A DNA stretch of 24,000 nt from Cucumibacter marinus DSM 18995 (GTDB lineage Bacteria; Pseudomonadota; Alphaproteobacteria; Rhizobiales; Devosiaceae): the NCBI RefSeq assembly GCF_000429865.1, contig NZ_AUCR01000010.1, forward strand, positions 111,166 through 135,165. The letters are read 5' to 3'. Under the pieces are notes generated by a model, which ran no database searches, was not told the origin of the DNA, and saw nothing but the letters and a program-made list of their open reading frames with translations. This document shows positions 19,737-24,000 of this stretch, piece after piece (position 1 is the first letter of the stretch; each line of letters begins with the position of its first letter). The position numbers were made by a program, and so were the translations under genes.

Positions 19737-21824
19737 TTGGCAGGACAATCGCGCAGCGCGCTGGATATCGGTCTGACCGCCGACGATCGCATCGCCGGCG
19801 GCAAATCACGCCGAGGCGGCAAGAGCGCAAAGCCCGCCAAGCCAGCCAAAGGCTCGGGAAAAGGCGCCGCGAAACCCCCGCGGGGCAAAACCGGCACCCG
19901 CAAGAAAACCCGCAAAGGGCGCGAGAAAAAGCCGCTCACCCTCGGGCGCGTTATCGGCAAGCTGTTCTACTGGGGCGTGGTGCTTGGCGTGTGGGCCGGG
20001 ATCATCGTTGCCGGCATCGTGGCCTATTACGGTTTTCAGCTGCCCGATTCCGATAGCTGGGCGGTTCCCGAACGGCCCGCCAATATCCGCATCGTCGCCA
20101 CCAATGGAAAACTGATCTCCAATCGCGGCAAAATGGGCGGAGAGGCCGTTGCCATTCATGAACTGCCCCACTACGTACCCGCAGCCGTCGTCGCGATCGA
20201 AGACCGGCGGTTTTTCGGACATTTCGGGCTCGATCCCATCGGCATTCTCGGGGCCATGCGCATCAATGTGAGCGAGGGCCGCAATCCGCTCAACGGTCAC
20301 GGCGGGTCGACCATTACCCAGCAGGTCGCCAAGAATCTGTTCCTCACCCCCGAGCAGTCGATCAAGCGCAAGATCCAGGAAGCCCTGATCGCGATCTGGC
20401 TCGAGCAGAACTACAACAAGGACCAGATCCTCGAGCTCTACCTCAACCGGGTCTATTTCGGCGGCGGCGCCTATGGCATCGAAGCTGCCGCGCAGACCTA
20501 TTTCGGCAAGTCCGCCTCCAACCTCAATCTGGGCGAGGCCGCGATTCTTGCCGGGGTCCTGCAGGCGCCGTCCCGCCTGTCTCCCGACACCCATCCGGAA
20601 GCCGCAGCCGCGCGTGCGCGCGTCGTCCTCAATGCGATGGCCGAGGAAGGCTATATATCGAAGGACGAAGCCGAGGCCGCCGCCATCGATCCCAACAAGC
20701 GCATCCGTACCCGCGTGGCTGGCGCCGAATACTATGTTGCCGACTGGGTCGAAACGCTCATGCAGTCCTATATCGGCGAGGTCGATGAGGACGTCATCGT
20801 CCACACCTCGATTGATTGGGACCTGCAGAAACAGGCCGAGTTCCTGGTGCGTGAAATGGTTGACCAGCACGGTGAGGAGCGTGGCTTCTCTCAGGGGGCG
20901 CTGGTGGCGATGGAACCGGACGGGACGGTCAAGGCGATTGTCGGTGGAACAGATTATGCCAAGAGCCAGTACAACCGTGCCGTCACCGCCCGGCGGCAGA
21001 TGGGCTCCGCCTTCAAGCCGATTGTCTATCTCACCGCGCTCGAAGCCGGTCTCAGCCCCGAAACCGTGATCGATTCCGGGCCGCTCGACTATAATGGCTG
21101 GTCGCCCGAAAATGCCTCCGGCAAGTATTACGGCCCCGTGACCATGCGGGAAGGGCTGGCCAACTCGCTCAATACGGTTGCCGCGCGGCTGGCGATCCAT
21201 GTCGGGCCGCAGGCGGTGGTCAACACCGCCTATCGCCTCGGTATTTCCACCCAGATCGATCCCGTGCCCTCGATTGCGCTGGGTACCCCGGAGATTTCTC
21301 TTCTGGAGCTCACTGCCGCCTATGCGCCCTTCTCGAATGGCGGTGCCGGCGTGATCGCCCATGTCATATCGCGGATCGAAACCGCCGACGGTGAAGTGCT
21401 TTACGACCACATACCCGCCGGTCCGGGCCAGGTCGTTGCACCCGACAAGCTGGGCATGATGAATTCGATGCTGTCCTATGCGCTTGAAGCCGGCACCGGC
21501 AAGAACGCGCACCTGCCCGGCTGGCAGATCGCGGGCAAGACCGGCACGTCCCAGGAATACCGCGATGCGGTCTTTGTCGGTTATTCGGCCCGCATGGTGA
21601 CTGGCATCTGGCTGGGCAATGACGATTCAAGTCCGACCCAGCGCGTCGGCGGGGGCTCGTTCCCGGCTCAGCTGTGGACCCAGTTCATGGCCAAGGCCCA
21701 TGAGGGTCTCGCGCCGGCAGACCTGCCCGGCCAGTACATTCCACAGCAAGTGCAACAGGCCGAGCAGCCGCAGCGCCAGCGCCGCAACATCGGTGATTTT
21801 CTGCGTGATCTGTTCGGCGGCTGA
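19737..21824 (+). CDS. Class A penicillin-binding protein (GT51 transglycosylase plus transpeptidase)
   Basis: 695 aa. GT51 motifs EDRRFFGHFGLDPIGI, GGSTITQQVAKN and RKIQEALIAIWLE. Transpeptidase motifs SAFK, SLN and KTGT. One TM segment (about aa 76-100) follows a basic tail. TTG start at 19737 with GGAGA at 19724..19728; there is no upstream or nearby in-frame ATG. Confidence 0.88.
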   Translation: MAGQSRSALDIGLTADDRIAGGKSRRGGKSAKPAKPAKGSGKGAAKPPRGKTGTRKKTRKGREKKPLTLGRVIGKLFYWGVVLGVWAGIIVAGIVAYYGFQLPDSDSWAVPERPANIRIVATNGKLISNRGKMGGEAVAIHELPHYVPAAVVAIEDRRFFGHFGLDPIGILGAMRINVSEGRNPLNGHGGSTITQQVAKNLFLTPEQSIKRKIQEALIAIWLEQNYNKDQILELYLNRVYFGGGAYGIEAAAQTYFGKSASNLNLGEAAILAGVLQAPSRLSPDTHPEAAAARARVVLNAMAEEGYISKDEAEAAAIDPNKRIRTRVAGAEYYVADWVETLMQSYIGEVDEDVIVHTSIDWDLQKQAEFLVREMVDQHGEERGFSQGALVAMEPDGTVKAIVGGTDYAKSQYNRAVTARRQMGSAFKPIVYLTALEAGLSPETVIDSGPLDYNGWSPENASGKYYGPVTMREGLANSLNTVAARLAIHVGPQAVVNTAYRLGISTQIDPVPSIALGTPEISLLELTAAYAPFSNGGAGVIAHVISRIETADGEVLYDHIPAGPGQVVAPDKLGMMNSMLSYALEAGTGKNAHLPGWQIAGKTGTSQEYRDAVFVGYSARMVTGIWLGNDDSSPTQRVGGGSFPAQLWTQFMAKAHEGLAPADLPGQYIPQQVQQAEQPQRQRRNIGDFLRDLFGG

Positions 21825-21827
21825 CGC

Positions 21828-22562
21828 CTAGTCCGCACCGTAGCGGTGGAGCGTGCGCCCATGGGCCTTCAGCCAGGCGCGGCCCCGTTCCATGTCCGGC
21901 AAGGTTCGTTCCACGGTCCGCCAGAAGGCCCGCGAATGGTTCATCTCGATTAGATGCGCCACTTCATGGGCGGCGACATAGTCGAGAACAAAGGCCGGAG
22001 CCAGGACGAGCCGCCAGTTGAAATTGAGCGCACCCGAACTGGAACAGGAGCCCCAGCGGCTCGACTGGTCACGCAATTTGATGCCGGTCGGCTTCACCTC
22101 GAGTCTGGCCGCGTGGTGCTGGACTGAGACGGAGAGGTCGTTGCGTGCCTCGGCTTTCAGCCAATCGGTAAGGCGGCGTGCCAGATGCTCGCCCCCCGGC
22201 ACCACGACCTGGAGCGGGTCGCCCGGAATGACCTCGACCTGGCCGCGAATGCGGCCCGAATCCGCGATTTTATGCAGAACGCCCCGGATCGGGATTTCGG
22301 CACCCGGGACAAAGGCGACCGGCACGATCCGGTGCCCGATCTGCCCGTCGAGCCAACCCTTGTGCCGCTCGAGAAAGGCCCGCGCATCATCCCAGTGGCC
22401 ATGGGCGGGCACGGTCAGGATCGGGCCGCGCTTGAGATCCATGGTCAGCCGGTAATGCCGTGCCCTTGCATTGACCCGCACGATGACAGTGGTCTCACCG
22501 GTTTCAAGGATGACGCTGGTGGTGTCGGGAAATGTCTCGCGGCGGCGGAACAGGCGGTTCAT
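21828..22562 (-). CDS. YgjP-like metal-dependent hydrolase (DUF45 / M48-like, HExxH)
   Basis: C-terminal 244 aa of ORF 21828..22961, from ATG 22562 (MNRLFRRRETFPD...). Motif HEVAHLIEMNHSRAFW. The longer ORF would run through a 44-bp repeat array and overlap the next gene. Confidence 0.8.
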   Translation of the reverse strand: MNRLFRRRETFPDTTSVILETGETTVIVRVNARARHYRLTMDLKRGPILTVPAHGHWDDARAFLERHKGWLDGQIGHRIVPVAFVPGAEIPIRGVLHKIADSGRIRGQVEVIPGDPLQVVVPGGEHLARRLTDWLKAEARNDLSVSVQHHAARLEVKPTGIKLRDQSSRWGSCSSSGALNFNWRLVLAPAFVLDYVAAHEVAHLIEMNHSRAFWRTVERTLPDMERGRAWLKAHGRTLHRYGAD

Positions 22563-22610
22563 GAAGCGGCAGCGTGCAATGATTCGGTCGGCACCAGTAT
22601 GGCGCTGTCC

Positions 22611-22780
22611 GCCAAAAAGGAAACCGGGCGAGAAGGCAACAGCCGAAGGCGTCCAAACAAAAGAAAACCCGGCCAAAAGGCGAAAGCCGAAGGCGTTCAA
22701 ACAAAAGAAAACCGGGCCAAAAGGCAAAAGCCGAAGGCGTGCAAACAAAAGAAAACCGGGCCAAAAGGCAAGGCGTGCAG
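22611..22780. repeat. 44-bp tandem repeat: three full units plus degenerate and partial flanking units
   Basis: Units at 22641..22684, 22685..22728 and 22729..22772, with consensus AGCCGAAGGCGTNCAAACAAAAGAAAACCGGGCCAAAAGGCAAA and 2-3 mismatches between neighbours. Degenerate partial unit at 22611..22640; truncated AAGGCGTGCA at 22770..22779. Confidence 0.9.
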
Positions 22781-22833
22781 TCTGATTGGGGAGAGTCGTG
22801 CCGGCGGGAGGAGAGCCGGCTGGTTGCCAGGAC

Positions 22834-23313
22834 CTAGTCGCGGTCCCGGCGGTCTTCGTCGCGATGGTTATCATCGTGACCGTTGCTGTGCTCGCCATTG
22901 GGGTCGTTGTGATGGCGGCGTTCACGTTCTGCCATGAACCGGTCGAATTCCTCGCGGTCACGGGCAGCGTGCAGATTGCGCAGGAAGTCTTCGAATTCCT
23001 GGCGTTCCTCTTCGAGCCGGCGACGTTCTTCGTCGAGCCGCTTCATTTCCGATTCGCGGTAGGAATCGAAGGCGGCATTTCCGGTCCGGAAGTGGCTGTG
23101 GCGGCGGCCATGCTTGCGGGACTTCATGTCACGCCAGTTGGAGCGCTGCCGGTCAACCCAGGCTTCTGCCTGTTCGCGCGACCCGCCGAAATACTCACCC
23201 CAAAGGATATAGGCGAGTACGCCGAGGCCGAGCGGCCAGAAGAAAATGAAGCCAAGAACCATCAGGGCGATGGTCAGCGGCGACCATTGCGGTTTGATAA
23301 TAGACGTTGTCAT
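22834..23313 (-). CDS. Small membrane protein (possibly DUF2852 family) with a charged coiled region and a His/Asp-rich tail
   Basis: 159 aa. N-terminal TM segment SPLTIALMVLGFIFFWPLGLGVLAYILW, a charged ERRRLEEERQEFEDFL region, and the tail HHNDPNGEHSNGHDDNHRDEDRRDRD. AAGAGG RBS 7 nt before the ATG. The family name is from memory. Confidence 0.7.
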   Translation of the reverse strand: MTTSIIKPQWSPLTIALMVLGFIFFWPLGLGVLAYILWGEYFGGSREQAEAWVDRQRSNWRDMKSRKHGRRHSHFRTGNAAFDSYRESEMKRLDEERRRLEEERQEFEDFLRNLHAARDREEFDRFMAERERRHHNDPNGEHSNGHDDNHRDEDRRDRD

Positions 23314-23486
23314 CCAAACACCTCTTTCTCATCGACGGCTTGGATTTGGGGGGTGTTTGCGCCCGGTCAACCGGTCTTTTTCGAATTTGAGGGTCTTGAA
23401 AAACGCGGCAGATACTCCCACCCGCCCGGTTTTTGGGGCAATAAGGGCACAAAACCCGCCCAAAAAACCGTGAAAAGGCCCCCGAA

Positions 23487-24000
23487 ATGGCCCTGCAACC
23501 CGCCCTGCCAACCGTCGCGCATCACCGATTACGGCTCGAAACCCTGATCCGATTGCGCTGGCTGGCGGTGGTCGGGCAGACCGCTGGCGTGGTTTTCGTG
23601 GCCTTCGGGCTGGGATTCGACCTGCCGCTGACCCCCTGCCTCGCGCTCATCGCCCTGTCTGCGGGACTCAATCTCGTCTTGTTGCTGCGGTTCCCGGCCA
23701 CGTTGCGCCTGCGTTCACATTTTGCAGCGGTGCTTCTGGCCTATGACAGCGCCCAGCTCGCGGCGCTCCTCTATCTGACCGGAGGGTTGCAGAACCCGTT
23801 CTCGATTCTGCTGCTCGCCCCGGTTTCGGTCTCTGCAACCACCCTGCCGCAGCGCTGGACCACCACGCTGGCTATTCTTGCGGTGGGCCTTGCGACCATT
23901 CTCACCGTCTTTCACATGCCTTTGCCGTGGTTTGCCGGTCAGCCGATTCAACTCGAGCCGCTTTATGTCGGCGGCATCTGGGTCGGGATCGTCAGTGGCA
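23487..24000 (+). CDS. regB: RegB/PrrB/ActS-type redox-responsive sensor histidine kinase; N-terminal membrane domain only, continues past the right edge
   Basis: Absent from the ORF track because it is open at the edge. Manual translation from ATG 23487 gives MALQPALPTVAHHRLRLETLIRLRWLAVVGQTAGVVFVAFGLGFDLPL...LLYLTGGLQNPFSILLLAPVSVSATTLP. The LRLxTLxxLRWxAVxGQ and GGLxNPF blocks are typical of RegB-family N-termini. An in-frame stop at 23442..23444 limits any upstream extension. Confidence 0.75.
   Translation, partial: MALQPALPTVAHHRLRLETLIRLRWLAVVGQTAGVVFVAFGLGFDLPLTPCLALIALSAGLNLVLLLRFPATLRLRSHFAAVLLAYDSAQLAALLYLTGGLQNPFSILLLAPVSVSATTLPQRWTTTLAILAVGLATILTVFHMPLPWFAGQPIQLEPLYVGGIWVGIVSG

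Noticed and set aside
19806-21512. 568-aa minus-strand ORF antisense to the PBP gene
   Set aside because: Shadow ORF. The plus-strand frame carries all GT51 and transpeptidase motifs.
22611-22780. Possible CRISPR array
   Set aside because: The repeats are directly abutting with no spacers. The unit is 44 bp and not palindromic in the CRISPR manner, and there are no cas genes nearby.
22471-22785. Lys/Arg-rich 104-aa plus-strand ORF across the repeat array
   Set aside because: It is an artefact of translating A-rich repeats. Successive units are read in different frames, so no consistent peptide repeat results. No RBS is visible.
21828-22961. Full 377-aa version of the YgjP-like ORF
   Set aside because: Its N-terminal 133 aa would be translated through the 44-bp repeat array, whose period is not divisible by 3. 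They would also overlap the 3' end of the neighbouring gene. The conserved domain starts at the internal ATG 22562.

Overview
GC-rich alphaproteobacterial core chromosome centred on rpsT-dnaA-dnaN-recF-gyrB. Left to right: a partial Irr-like Fur-family regulator divergent from fabA-fabB. Then a minus-strand run: MoeB/ThiF-like, secreted protein, dut, acidic lipoprotein, coaBC, ubiB, ubiE. Then mutM, rpsT, dnaA, a 681-bp non-coding spacer, dnaN, recF and gyrB. Then a TetR regulator with a DUF1295/ICMT-like membrane protein, a class A PBP, a YgjP-like metallohydrolase, a small membrane protein, and the 5' part of a RegB/ActS-type kinase. Nearly all long ORFs antisense to these genes look like high-GC shadow ORFs. 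I found no integrase, transposase, tRNA, CRISPR array, toxin-antitoxin pair or recognisable defence operon, so I do not think this window holds a novel multi-gene system. The second-look items are small-scale. They are a 44-bp tandem repeat array, degenerate direct repeats in the dnaA-dnaN spacer and a dense GANTC cluster upstream of dnaA. They also include an obligatory low-complexity N-terminal extension on DnaA, an (ARPEDP)x3 tail on the TetR protein, and a 13-codon uORF with a near-perfect Shine-Dalgarno. All family assignments rest on motifs read by eye; no database search was possible.
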